Shown here: positions 18,084 through 27,477 of the stretch, one piece after another
Layout: each line of letters begins with the position of its first letter
Position numbering within the stretch: position 1 is the first letter of the stretch
Source: a virus
Taxonomy: Duplodnaviria > Caudoviricetes
DNA: 64,000 nucleotides
IMG/VR virus record: IMGVR_UViG_3300012953_000026
Coordinates: 1,797-65,796 of that record
Direction: 5' to 3' (one strand)
The notes under the pieces: generated by a model
Told to the model about the DNA's origin: nothing
What the model saw: the letters and a program-made list of their open reading frames with translations, nothing else
Databases searched by the model: none
Translations under genes and position numbers: made by a program

Positions 18084-18492
18084 CTTTATCCCTCTGTCCA
18101 GTTATACTAAAATGCCCGTCATTCAACACACAAAAATCTGAGTTTCCAGACGAACTGATTTCATAAATATTACAGTCTGTCAAAGCTTTCAAGGTGTAAG
18201 GACACCCCGATTGTATCTGTAATACGTCACCCCTAACCAAAACCTTTCTAGAAACCAACTGAACATCTTTACTCTTTAAATAAGACTCTGGGGCGAAAAC
18301 CGCCTCAAGCCGTCCTTCTTCGACAAAGAATGTTTCGTTTTTGTTGGTGAAATACTTGGCTCTCGTGGAGTATCCTCTTTTGATAAAAATCTTCTTACCG
18401 AATATCTGTTGGTTTACAAAGTCCCAGCGAACCTCATGCCCCCAGTTCTTTTCAATACTTTCAGATTTTAAAACCCAAGAGCTTTTATTCAT
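18076..18492 (-). CDS. cupin-fold protein (sugar isomerase-like, metal ligands degenerate)
   Basis: EKNWGHE, KKIFIKRG, KNETFFVEEG and GDVLQI..G.PYTLKA; the His ligands are absent. Probable start ATG 18492. Confidence 0.6.
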   Translation of the reverse strand: MNKSSWVLKSESIEKNWGHEVRWDFVNQQIFGKKIFIKRGYSTRAKYFTNKNETFFVEEGRLEAVFAPESYLKSKDVQLVSRKVLVRGDVLQIQSGCPYTLKALTDCNIYEISSSGNSDFCVLNDGHFSITGQRDKDG

Positions 18493-19084
18493 GACCCCCC
18501 CTAGGATCAAAATGACTGTGGCACCTAGGCTGGTATAATTCGGAACCCCCAATCTCGAGCTTTCCAGGATCGTTATTACCTGCTACCTTCTGGGTAAAAT
18601 AAGCGTCCTCTCCACAGACCGAACATACTGCAGGACAGATATGAACGCCAGTAGCCCAAGGTAGCAATTCTTGCAACTCGTCGTATGGATCACCAGAAGA
18701 TGATAACTGAAGACTGGAAACAAGAACTGTTTTACCACGGTTGTATATCTTCTTCAGGGCCGCGGCCGCGCCAGGAATCATAAAAGCCTCATCGACAGCA
18801 ACAACATCTAAATCGTGACCTGAATTACATGCATTGAATCTTTGCAGGAGTTCCTTACCGGTGGATATTCTCTCGACCCGACTAAACCCTACAGCTCTAG
18901 ACGACAAACTTAGCCCGCTATGCGTGACAATGGAGTCTCTATCATAACGCTCGTCTATTTTGGGCTTGAATAGCAAGATGCTCTTGTTTTGATACTGGTA
19001 TCGATCTAAGGCGGCAATCAATCGAGTTGTCTTTCCGCCGAACATAGGACCAGTAAAAATCTCGAAACGGGGATTCCTGTTCAT
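18485..19084 (-). CDS. tdk: thymidine kinase
   Basis: GPMFGGKTT, LLFKPKIDERY, VDEAFM and lasso Zn motifs CSVCG...RCHSH. Probable start ATG 19084. Confidence 0.9.
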   Translation of the reverse strand: MNRNPRFEIFTGPMFGGKTTRLIAALDRYQYQNKSILLFKPKIDERYDRDSIVTHSGLSLSSRAVGFSRVERISTGKELLQRFNACNSGHDLDVVAVDEAFMIPGAAAALKKIYNRGKTVLVSSLQLSSSGDPYDELQELLPWATGVHICPAVCSVCGEDAYFTQKVAGNNDPGKLEIGGSELYQPRCHSHFDPRGGHE

Positions 19085-20088
19085 TATGAGTTTTCTTTCA
19101 ATCCCCACCACTCAATTGTCTTATTTAACCCGGAAATAAAATCCCACTCAGGCTGGAAACCTAGATCTTCTGCAATCTTCGTCATGTCAGCTTTCGTATG
19201 CTTCACATCTCCGGGTCGAGCAGGTGCATTCACGATCTCTAAATCACCGAACCTCGCCTTTAACATATTCAGTATTTCATTATTGCTAAAGGTTTCTCCA
19301 GTCCCTACGTTATAGGCATCACCTGACATCACACCCGGGGCTTGGGCAGCTGCGATATTCGCACCGACCACATCATCGATGTAAACAATATCTCTAGTCT
19401 GCTCACCATCCCCATCACTTCTCAGCGATTGGTCTGTGGCAATCTTGTCAAGCCACGCGGAGACTGCGGTAGAGTACGGGCTGTCACCCGGCTGGCCAGG
19501 TCCGAAAACGTTAAAGTAGCGCAAGCAGACTGACTGTAAATCATACAGCTTAAAAAACAACCGGCAGAAATTTTCAACGACAAGCTTCTGTAAGGCGTAC
19601 GGAGAGGCTGGCTCTAAAGACCCGGACTCTTTTGAAGGAAAATTGTCAGGCACGTCTCCATAAACTGAAGAGGAGGAACTAAACACTAACCTATCTATGT
19701 TCGAGACGCATGCTGTCATCAAAGAGACAGTCTTCATTACATTCTGGTCTGTTGTCAAAACTGGGTTTTCAACAGAAAACTGCACTCTGGGTAATGCTGC
19801 AAGGTGAAAGACATAGTCATATTTTTTATCTGCAATTCTTGACAGTACGTAGGGACTGGCAAAATCGCCAGTAATGACCAGCGCCTTGTCTTCCACAATT
19901 CCTGACTCTTCATATTGCAAAAGAAGCTCAGGAGTAACAGTCCTGATGTCTATTGCATCTAAAGCAGCGATATCTCCGCTCGAAAGATCATCGACAACCT
20001 CAACATCCCAACCTTTTTTGATCAAGGCAACTGCAAGATTTGAGCCAATAAATCCGCAGCCACCAGTAACTAAAGCTCTCTTTTTCAT
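19084..20088 (-). CDS. NAD-dependent NDP-sugar epimerase/dehydratase (GalE/WbpP-like extended SDR)
   Basis: TGGCGFIGS, HLAA, FSSSSSVYG, SPYALQK (YxxxK), LRYFNVFGP and RDIVYIDDV. Confidence 0.9.
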   Translation of the reverse strand: MKKRALVTGGCGFIGSNLAVALIKKGWDVEVVDDLSSGDIAALDAIDIRTVTPELLLQYEESGIVEDKALVITGDFASPYVLSRIADKKYDYVFHLAALPRVQFSVENPVLTTDQNVMKTVSLMTACVSNIDRLVFSSSSSVYGDVPDNFPSKESGSLEPASPYALQKLVVENFCRLFFKLYDLQSVCLRYFNVFGPGQPGDSPYSTAVSAWLDKIATDQSLRSDGDGEQTRDIVYIDDVVGANIAAAQAPGVMSGDAYNVGTGETFSNNEILNMLKARFGDLEIVNAPARPGDVKHTKADMTKIAEDLGFQPEWDFISGLNKTIEWWGLKENS

Positions 20089-20089
20089 T

Positions 20090-20611
20090 TTAATCAACTC
20101 CTAAAAAACACTTAATTTCTGAAACTTGCTTTTCTAAATTCATATCAGAAGTTTCCAGAAACAAAACATCACAATTTGTTTTGCCCAAAAACATTCTATA
20201 CCGTTCTTCAATTTTTTTTAAAGTTTTATCGTTTATTTCGTCTGGAAACAAGTCATCCTGTACGCCCTCGTAGCTCTTCTTGTAGCAGAATATTAACTTT
20301 CCATCAATAGAAGAAAACTTTTCATCGAGTCTTGATATCAGGTCTTCATTGGTTTCACGACCAAATATTGCAGAATATGCATACTCACAAGGGTAGAACC
20401 TATCAAGAATTGCAGTTGGCCTCACTTGCACCAAAAAATCCATGAGAAAAGTGCCACCAAATTTGAGCAGGTTTAAATAGTAATCATCACCGCTCAAATC
20501 TGCTTTCCACTCCCCAGTATTTTTAAAAACAGGTATACCTAGGTCTTTCGATAGCTGACCAGCTATATTAGACTTTCCTGTCATGTCAGGACCGATGAAA
20601 GCTAAAATCAT
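20090..20611 (-). CDS. deoxynucleoside monophosphate kinase (thymidylate-kinase-like)
   Basis: P-loop GPDMTGKS and LDRF motif. Confidence 0.75.
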   Translation of the reverse strand: MILAFIGPDMTGKSNIAGQLSKDLGIPVFKNTGEWKADLSGDDYYLNLLKFGGTFLMDFLVQVRPTAILDRFYPCEYAYSAIFGRETNEDLISRLDEKFSSIDGKLIFCYKKSYEGVQDDLFPDEINDKTLKKIEERYRMFLGKTNCDVLFLETSDMNLEKQVSEIKCFLGVD

Positions 20612-20615
20612 TACC

Positions 20616-21659
20616 CTACCCGCAAAGATGTTCCAGAAGGTCTACCCGAGACTCTGGACGGGGATCAATTACTGTCCGCAAAGCCTCTTCTTGCAGATTC
20701 ACCAAACCCAAGCGGTCTTCAGCTGATAGTGTGGATAACCACTTCGTCTTATTAACAACATCCTCTGTGGACCTCACGATTAGGGACTCGTCTTTTAAGC
20801 CAACAGGACGAGCGTGCTCATATTCCCATGGAATCAGTGCAGGTACCCCGCTCTTTATCGCTTCGAAAAAGCGGCCCGTAATGTTCCCGAAAGGAGTATA
20901 GTCATCCTTTGTGATATGAGTTACAGTAATAGAGGAATTCAAGACAGAAAAGATATCCTTGTACGCCAAGCGTGGGCCGAATGCGACGTTTGGCGCGTTA
21001 ATGATCCTAACAGCTGGATCTTCTCTTTCCGGAGACCTAGCTAGCCAATTACCACAAACGTACGTTTGGATCCCTTGCTCCCTGAGGGGCGTGCTCGGAT
21101 CTACGTAGTATTTCTTAAACTGGTTTTCTCTCTCGTAATTGTTTCCGACGTACGTGTAATTGTAAGAATACTCGACTGGAGAGAAGTAGCGATGCATGTA
21201 GTTGCACCAGGGGATTGAAATTCTTTTTCTAGTCAACATTCGAGGATTCACACACGCATCGGAAATTACTGCGTTAGGCCAGCGTTGCTCTTCTTCAGCG
21301 GTCATTTTAAGATCACCGTCATGAATGATGATGGGTACTCCGGCTGCGTGATAGTGATCTAAAACTTCACATTGTCTTGTATAGTCTGACTCTTGAGAAT
21401 TGCTGCCAGAATTTTTCCACGTTGGCCAGCGCCACTCACAATACACGATATCACCTTCTGGAAAACCAACTGGGTGATACTCAACGCCCGGGAACTGCTC
21501 TTCATCTCGCATCTTCTGCAATTGAATCACAGTGTGGTCTCTTCCTTGAAGTTCTCTTACAAAGTCAACTCGATTTCCTCGCTCGCCATCAGGTGTATTC
21601 ACCATAGAATTTTTCTCTAAAGGAGTAATGAAACCCCAGAAACTGTAAAGTACCCTCAT
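20616..21659 (-). CDS. GT-B glycosyltransferase, T4 DNA beta-glucosyltransferase-like
   Basis: C-terminal domain YTYVGNNYERE...ITKDDY..GNITGRFFEAIKSGVPALI parallels T4 BGT (VIYGGSFRSGQRE...IGDKNYNDNFITLRVWETMAS) from my recollection; same size (about 350 aa). The track start is 21671. Confidence 0.7.
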   Translation of the reverse strand: MRVLYSFWGFITPLEKNSMVNTPDGERGNRVDFVRELQGRDHTVIQLQKMRDEEQFPGVEYHPVGFPEGDIVYCEWRWPTWKNSGSNSQESDYTRQCEVLDHYHAAGVPIIIHDGDLKMTAEEEQRWPNAVISDACVNPRMLTRKRISIPWCNYMHRYFSPVEYSYNYTYVGNNYERENQFKKYYVDPSTPLREQGIQTYVCGNWLARSPEREDPAVRIINAPNVAFGPRLAYKDIFSVLNSSITVTHITKDDYTPFGNITGRFFEAIKSGVPALIPWEYEHARPVGLKDESLIVRSTEDVVNKTKWLSTLSAEDRLGLVNLQEEALRTVIDPRPESRVDLLEHLCG

Positions 21660-21660
21660 A

Positions 21661-22770
21661 TTATTCTCCATCCTTTTTTAATTCTTTCTTTACCTTATAC
21701 AAGGCCGAACCTATTACTTGGTGCATATCATAATATCGATATTCTGCCAATCTACCTCCAAATATTATATCACTATTTTTCGCAAGAACAGAATACTTCT
21801 TGAACATGTCGCTGTTTTTCTTATCGTTGACTGGGTAATATGGGACCTTACTCGGCGTCCAGTCTTGCGGATATTCTTTCGTTATAACTGTCTTTTTGAT
21901 GCTAGGTGCATCCTGCGGTTGGAAATGCTTGTGTTCTACAATCCTTGTATACGGGACTTCGTAATCCGTATAGTTTACAACAGCGTTACCCTGGTAATCC
22001 CCATCGTAGACTTCGTGTTCGAACCGTAGAGATCTATATTCAAGATACCCATGCTCGTAGCCAAAAAACTCGTCAATCTTACCAGTGAAAACAGTCTTAT
22101 CAGCCAGAGAGTCCCACTTCTCTCTATCTTCTAAATAATCGATACCCAGTTGGACCTCTGCTCCTTCTAGCATTTTAGAGATCATTCCGGTGTAACCATC
22201 GACTGGAATCCCTTGGTATTTATCAAAGAAGTAATTCTCTTCAAAGATCATTCTAATCGGTAAGCGTTTTATGATTGAGGCTGGTAGCTCACTTGGGTGA
22301 CGCTTCCACTGCTTCATAGTGTACCCCTTGATGAACGTCTCGTAGACCTCTCGACCCACTTGTGACAAAATCCACTCTTCTAAATTTTGCGGATTCTCAC
22401 AAGGAATTCTGACCTCTTGAAGCTTTGCCTCAGCTTCGGCCGGGGTTGTCACTCCCCACAGCTGGTGAAGAGTCATTAGATTAATAGGGAAAGAATATAT
22501 ATTACCGCGAAAATTCACCTTAGGCTTATTGATATATTGATTGAACTCGGTGAACCGGTTTACAAAATCCCAAATCTTTTCATTGTTTGTGTGAAATATA
22601 TGCGGACCATAAACATGGACGTCGACACCGTCTCGCTTTTCGGTATAGCAGTTTCCACCGATGTGGTCTCGCTTATCTAAAACAAGAACAGACTTACCGC
22701 TGTCCATCATCTCCCTTGCGAAAGTAGCACCGAACATACCGGCACCCACTATCAAATAATCATACTTCAT
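21661..22770 (-). CDS. glf: UDP-galactopyranose mutase
   Basis: IVGAGMFGA (FAD), HIGGNCY, HVYGPHIFHT, KGYTMKQW, YTRIVEHKHF, YYPVN and GRLAEYRYYDMHQVI. Confidence 0.95.
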   Translation of the reverse strand: MKYDYLIVGAGMFGATFAREMMDSGKSVLVLDKRDHIGGNCYTEKRDGVDVHVYGPHIFHTNNEKIWDFVNRFTEFNQYINKPKVNFRGNIYSFPINLMTLHQLWGVTTPAEAEAKLQEVRIPCENPQNLEEWILSQVGREVYETFIKGYTMKQWKRHPSELPASIIKRLPIRMIFEENYFFDKYQGIPVDGYTGMISKMLEGAEVQLGIDYLEDREKWDSLADKTVFTGKIDEFFGYEHGYLEYRSLRFEHEVYDGDYQGNAVVNYTDYEVPYTRIVEHKHFQPQDAPSIKKTVITKEYPQDWTPSKVPYYPVNDKKNSDMFKKYSVLAKNSDIIFGGRLAEYRYYDMHQVIGSALYKVKKELKKDGE

Positions 22771-23785
22771 TTCTTCTCCTTAAATCAACTTCATAACCAG
22801 AATAGTCAAAATCTATATTTTCTAAAACCCGCTTGCCAAAACCTAGCTTCTTCGCCCTGTGGTAAGCCAGCAGGCTGGCAAAATCTGTCCAAACGTTTTT
22901 ATCGCCATTTGAATACAGCTCTTGCAATAACGTTACTAATTCACTCTCTGTGCTGGATGACCTGACGTCTTTCTCAAATGTCAAGATCTTCTGTAACCAT
23001 CTCTCTTTCCCACCGTTTAGAAAGTCATCAGGTGCAAAGTTAGGCATCTCCCCGTTATGAACTGAACCCATGGCTGACTCATGCTCTCCACGGTCTGTTA
23101 GGATCACCCTGCACATCTTAAAGTGTCTCTCATAAATGTGCAGAGAATTACTACAGTGTGTATAGGTCCCTAACTCGACCCCAAGCTCTAGAGCAAGCAT
23201 CTCTTGAAAAAAAGTAAAAGCTGGAATATCGTAAGCAATTCCAAAAATAAGATCAGAACTTCTCATATTAACGATCATGTGAAGTTGAGCATCTCTTATA
23301 AAGAACTGAAGACTTAGTGTACAGGGCACATCTAGCTTTGCATCGACACTATCATCAGGAGTTCTTAAATGAATGATCGCTCTTCTTGAATCTGGATCCC
23401 TTGTTAACTCATCTTTTACAAAATCCCACTGATTCAACCTTCCACCGGCGATGATAGGATTTGTATGAAATATCCTAGCCCCATAAGCGGAATTAGCAGT
23501 CTTACCGTCATCACTGATATTTGACCAGAACTTTGAATAATTTGATATCCATTCTGTAGAATTGTTACCAGACAAATACCAGACCATCTCAGCCGCAAGG
23601 TACGTCGGGCTAAAGTTTCTACCCCACACAAAAGGGTACCTGTGTCGAGGGTTGTCTATTGTAAAAGACACTCCTAGTTTTTCTCTTATCTTCTGACCTC
23701 GAGGAGAGGACTCGTACTCATAATCGTTGTAGACCTCCCTAATTAGTGCGAGGTAACAGTCGGTGAAGTTCTTAAATTTTCTCAT
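22760..23785 (-). CDS. thymidylate-synthase-fold enzyme, probably dCMP-specific (dCMP hydroxymethylase-like)
   Basis: SRRAII, catalytic VPCT, MRSSDLIFGIAYD and SLHIYERH. Asp occupies the position of ThyA Asn177. Confidence 0.8.
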   Translation of the reverse strand: MRKFKNFTDCYLALIREVYNDYEYESSPRGQKIREKLGVSFTIDNPRHRYPFVWGRNFSPTYLAAEMVWYLSGNNSTEWISNYSKFWSNISDDGKTANSAYGARIFHTNPIIAGGRLNQWDFVKDELTRDPDSRRAIIHLRTPDDSVDAKLDVPCTLSLQFFIRDAQLHMIVNMRSSDLIFGIAYDIPAFTFFQEMLALELGVELGTYTHCSNSLHIYERHFKMCRVILTDRGEHESAMGSVHNGEMPNFAPDDFLNGGKERWLQKILTFEKDVRSSSTESELVTLLQELYSNGDKNVWTDFASLLAYHRAKKLGFGKRVLENIDFDYSGYEVDLRRRNEV

Positions 23786-23790
23786 ATTTT

Positions 23791-23819
23791 ATTATACTCT
23801 AAGGACCTTAATTTTTCTC
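23791..23819 (-). promoter_or_regulatory. candidate promoter GAGAAA-N17-TATAAT, leaderless (ATG 5 nt after -10)
   Basis: Read directly from the sequence. Confidence 0.4.
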
Positions 23820-26800
23820 ATAGATGTTTGAAATCCGAAATCATTTTTATTTAGCTCTCCTACGCACAAACTGTATTTTGCCATTTCTGTCTTGCCATCC
23901 CAGCTCCAGCAGAAGATCCTAAACTGCTGTCCAGAAGTACCAGCAACTGTCAGCAACAAGTAGGGTTTGTTGTTCTTGGTTACCTTTTCTTTGACGTCCA
24001 TTACAAGAAACCAATGCAAATCAACCCCGTTATAGTCATCAATGACGCTGATCTCTTTCTCATCAAGACGCTGAATTACTTCTGGAGATATAAGAGTTGA
24101 CACGTTAAATGACCCAAGGTGAGCGACGCTGTTTTGGACCTGTTCGTGTCTAGACCACTCTCCTTCCCCTTGGGTCTCTAAAGTCAACCTCTTAAAAGCG
24201 TCTTGGCCACGGGTCGGGTCTTTCTTTGTCCACTTCTTGATCTCAGTGTTGTTGTTAATGATAACCTCACTCATTTGCTTATAGCTATCAAAAGTCGAAT
24301 CAGGCCCAATACAGTTAACAGATCCAAAGGCCTTGATAGCTATCAGGGCTTGCATGGCTCTCTTATTAAACTTCGAATGTTTCCACTTACCGTCCTCATT
24401 CCACAACAAGTCCTCAACGTTATTATACGGTCTATTACCTAGTATCTCTTCAATAGCAGCTTCACCAACGCCCTTACAGGAGAGAAAAGACGGCATGAAT
24501 TTCTTACCATCTAAAATGGTCCACGACTTTGTTGCATAATTGATGTCAATAGGAACGATCTTATAACCTAGCGCTTTCACTTCGGAAAATGCCTTGGCAC
24601 GTTTTTTATCATTACCAGACATTGATTCAAGATAGGCGCACAGCCATTCTTCTTCGAAGTAAGTTAAAAGCCACGCACAGTAATAAGAATCAATCGCGTA
24701 ACAAACAGCATGAGACTTATTGAAACCGTAACCTGCAAAGAATAATATCTTCTCATAAAGATCATCAGCCAGCTGTTCATCAACTCCGTTCTTTACAGAG
24801 CCAGCGACAAATTGTTCCTTGATTGCACGAGCCTTAGCAAGGGACTCTGCAGCTTCTGACGCCTTACGCTTCATAATATTACGGCGTACTGTGTCTGTTT
24901 CCTCCTCCGGGAAACCAGCCACCACAGAACACAGCTTCATAATCTGTTCCTGAAACACGATCAAGCCGTATGTCTCTTCTAAAACCTCTCTGATAAGAGG
25001 GTGACCATAATCAATGTCATCAGGATTGTTCTTGGCATTTATATACAGCTTGTCAACCTTCGCAGTCAAAGGACCCGGGCGATATATCGAAGTTAGAGTG
25101 GCAATATCGACAATGCTCTTCGGCTTAGCTTTCTTAAATAGGTTTTGTGCACCGCGGCCAGCCAGTTGAAATATGCCGGCCCAGCGGCCCTTTGCATAGA
25201 CGTGTTCATAAACGTGTTGATCATCCATATCAAGAACTTTTGGATCCATATTGGAATTAAACCATTCATACACTTGTTCGAACGTTGGGTTCTCAATCCC
25301 TTCCTTACGCTGCAGAATCAGTTCGATGGTACGCTGAATTACACGAAGAGTTTCGAGGCCTAGCAGATCAAACTTAATCCAACCGAAAGTTTCAAGGTGC
25401 TTATAATTCATGCCTTCAGCCCAAGGAGTTTGGAGTTCGCCGCGGGCTTTGATAAGGGGCATTCTTTCTGCAATATTTTCTGCTACAATACAACCACCAG
25501 CATGTCGACCAAGCGCTTTGTTTTGCTTAAATAAGACCTGGATTGGATCAGCAACTTCTGGGTACTTTTCAATAAAGTCTCTAAAAGTTTTTGAGTGTGC
25601 TATTGCGTCTTCGTAAAGTAACACAAATAGATTCTTATCAGTTCCCTGCTTGAAAACAGCACGCTTTACATCATTCTCAACAGGCGCTAGCGCCTTATTC
25701 ACTTCGCTGAATGGGATCCCATAAAAACGAGATATATCTTTAACGAGAGACTTAAGCTTAAAAGTGTTGTAATTGGAAATCGGAACGATGTTTTCGTCAC
25801 CCCACTTGTCTTTCATCATGTTGATAAGCAGATCACGATCACCCACGTCGGTGTCAATATCTGGCGCACCTTCACGAGACGGGTTTAAAAAGCGACCAAA
25901 CATAAGATCATATTCGAACGGATCAACGTCGGTTAATCTGAGTACGTATGCAACAAGACTACCCGCAGCAGAGCCGCGACCTGGTCCTACAAGCATCGCT
26001 TTCTTAGCAATTTCAATGATGGCTTCCATAGTCAAAAAGTAGCGAGAAAAATTCTTGTCTTTAATAATCTTAAGCTCATGCTTTATTCGCTCAACGTACT
26101 TAGGATCCTTTTCAAGACCGCGGGCGATCAAACCTTTCTTACATGCTTCAAGCAGAGCCTTATCATCAGACATGCCTTTCGGCACAACATACGACGGAAG
26201 CTTCATACTTCTGTCAGGATGAATGTCAGAAATTGTTTGGTGAACAATATCATGTGGCCTTTCAACCGCGTCCCTGATCATTTCATTATTGTAAAAGTTC
26301 ATGCCATCAGTGGTCTCGAGATAAGTGTCCCATACCTGCTCGGCGTTCTTTGGATAGAGCTCACACTTTAGCTCATCCCTTGACTGGGGCAACTTGGAAG
26401 GATCAAAGTCACGATAGTTCAGCCACCCCAGTTTCTTGTACAGTTCACGCTCTTTCCAGTGTTCAGGTCGAGCATAATGAGAGTCTGTCGTCACGACTAG
26501 CTTATCAGTAATACCTTGCGATTCTGCAAACTGAATAATGGCTCTATTCACAAGGTGCTGCGCAGGCAATTTGTTGAATTGTATTTCTAACATCACATCA
26601 TCAATACCAACTGAATCGACTAGACCTTGATACGCGTTGCCAACACCGTTCATGACCTTGGAGTGAAAAGAGGGATCATCTAGGAGCTTATGGCTTAAGT
26701 CATCGAATTCTACCTGTTGAGCGTGGCGAAAAACCTCATAAGCTATAGGACCGCCAATACACGCGGTGGAGACCATCAGGTGGCCACCCTCAGACGCTTC

Positions 26801-27397
26801 CCGGAGCATTTTGTAGTCTATCCTAGGAAATCGGTAAAAGCCTTCTCTGTAGCCACGACTCACTAAGTGAAATAACCTCTGTAGTCCTTCACTGGTCTTA
26901 GGAAGAACGACAAGGTGATGGCGTCTCTTGATAGGATCATAAAACTTGGCCGACTTTGTTTCTTCCTCGTTCTCCACAGTCAGCCCAGCCTCTTCGACTG
27001 CGACGTCAACTACTTCATCATCGCCATCGACAACAGCTGTTAGCGGAGTCACGATGGCTTCTCGTTGTGCTTTCAGTATGGCGATAGATTCCTTGTCACC
27101 CTTCTTGGCAGCTTGACGAATTTGACGATCAAGTTCCCATACTTGTAGATCAGGGTGAACGTACATTTCGCAACCTGGAACAAATTTAAAACCAGGATTC
27201 TTCTTTCTAATTTTTTCTGCGTGAAGATACGCATGGCCGAATGAATTCATATGACCATGGTTAGTTAGGCACCAGCTATCCATTCCGTTTTCTAGAACAA
27301 AGTCTATATGTTCTTGAGGATAGCCTAGACCATCAAATGTCGAAAACCCATCATGAGAATGTAAAGAAGTAAAATTCTTGGGGGGTATAATAGCCAT
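23792..27397 (-). CDS. dnaE: DNA polymerase III alpha subunit (family C) with intact-looking PHP domain
   Basis: PHP HSH..D, GPGRGSAAGSLVAY, PDIDTD, RHAGG, KFDLLGL, RPGP, VFQEQIM and YGFNKSHA; no intein. Confidence 0.95.
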   Translation of the reverse strand: MAIIPPKNFTSLHSHDGFSTFDGLGYPQEHIDFVLENGMDSWCLTNHGHMNSFGHAYLHAEKIRKKNPGFKFVPGCEMYVHPDLQVWELDRQIRQAAKKGDKESIAILKAQREAIVTPLTAVVDGDDEVVDVAVEEAGLTVENEEETKSAKFYDPIKRRHHLVVLPKTSEGLQRLFHLVSRGYREGFYRFPRIDYKMLREASEGGHLMVSTACIGGPIAYEVFRHAQQVEFDDLSHKLLDDPSFHSKVMNGVGNAYQGLVDSVGIDDVMLEIQFNKLPAQHLVNRAIIQFAESQGITDKLVVTTDSHYARPEHWKERELYKKLGWLNYRDFDPSKLPQSRDELKCELYPKNAEQVWDTYLETTDGMNFYNNEMIRDAVERPHDIVHQTISDIHPDRSMKLPSYVVPKGMSDDKALLEACKKGLIARGLEKDPKYVERIKHELKIIKDKNFSRYFLTMEAIIEIAKKAMLVGPGRGSAAGSLVAYVLRLTDVDPFEYDLMFGRFLNPSREGAPDIDTDVGDRDLLINMMKDKWGDENIVPISNYNTFKLKSLVKDISRFYGIPFSEVNKALAPVENDVKRAVFKQGTDKNLFVLLYEDAIAHSKTFRDFIEKYPEVADPIQVLFKQNKALGRHAGGCIVAENIAERMPLIKARGELQTPWAEGMNYKHLETFGWIKFDLLGLETLRVIQRTIELILQRKEGIENPTFEQVYEWFNSNMDPKVLDMDDQHVYEHVYAKGRWAGIFQLAGRGAQNLFKKAKPKSIVDIATLTSIYRPGPLTAKVDKLYINAKNNPDDIDYGHPLIREVLEETYGLIVFQEQIMKLCSVVAGFPEEETDTVRRNIMKRKASEAAESLAKARAIKEQFVAGSVKNGVDEQLADDLYEKILFFAGYGFNKSHAVCYAIDSYYCAWLLTYFEEEWLCAYLESMSGNDKKRAKAFSEVKALGYKIVPIDINYATKSWTILDGKKFMPSFLSCKGVGEAAIEEILGNRPYNNVEDLLWNEDGKWKHSKFNKRAMQALIAIKAFGSVNCIGPDSTFDSYKQMSEVIINNNTEIKKWTKKDPTRGQDAFKRLTLETQGEGEWSRHEQVQNSVAHLGSFNVSTLISPEVIQRLDEKEISVIDDYNGVDLHWFLVMDVKEKVTKNNKPYLLLTVAGTSGQQFRIFCWSWDGKTEMAKYSLCVGELNKNDFGFQTSMRKIKVLRV

Positions 27398-27443
27398 TCA
27401 TTTCCCTATTCTATTGCATTTTTGTGGTTAGGCGAATATGAAT

Positions 27444-27472
27444 ATTATAAAGGAATGTAGCAAGTTATTCAG
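27444..27472 (-). promoter_or_regulatory. candidate promoter CTGAAT-N17-TATAAT upstream of dnaE
   Basis: Read directly from the sequence. Confidence 0.5.
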
Positions 27473-27477
27473 TTTTT

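Noticed and set aside
22760-23785. Canonical thyA annotation
   Set aside because: The specificity residue is Asp rather than Asn, and the neighbours are a DNA-GT-like enzyme, dNMP kinase and dNTPase.
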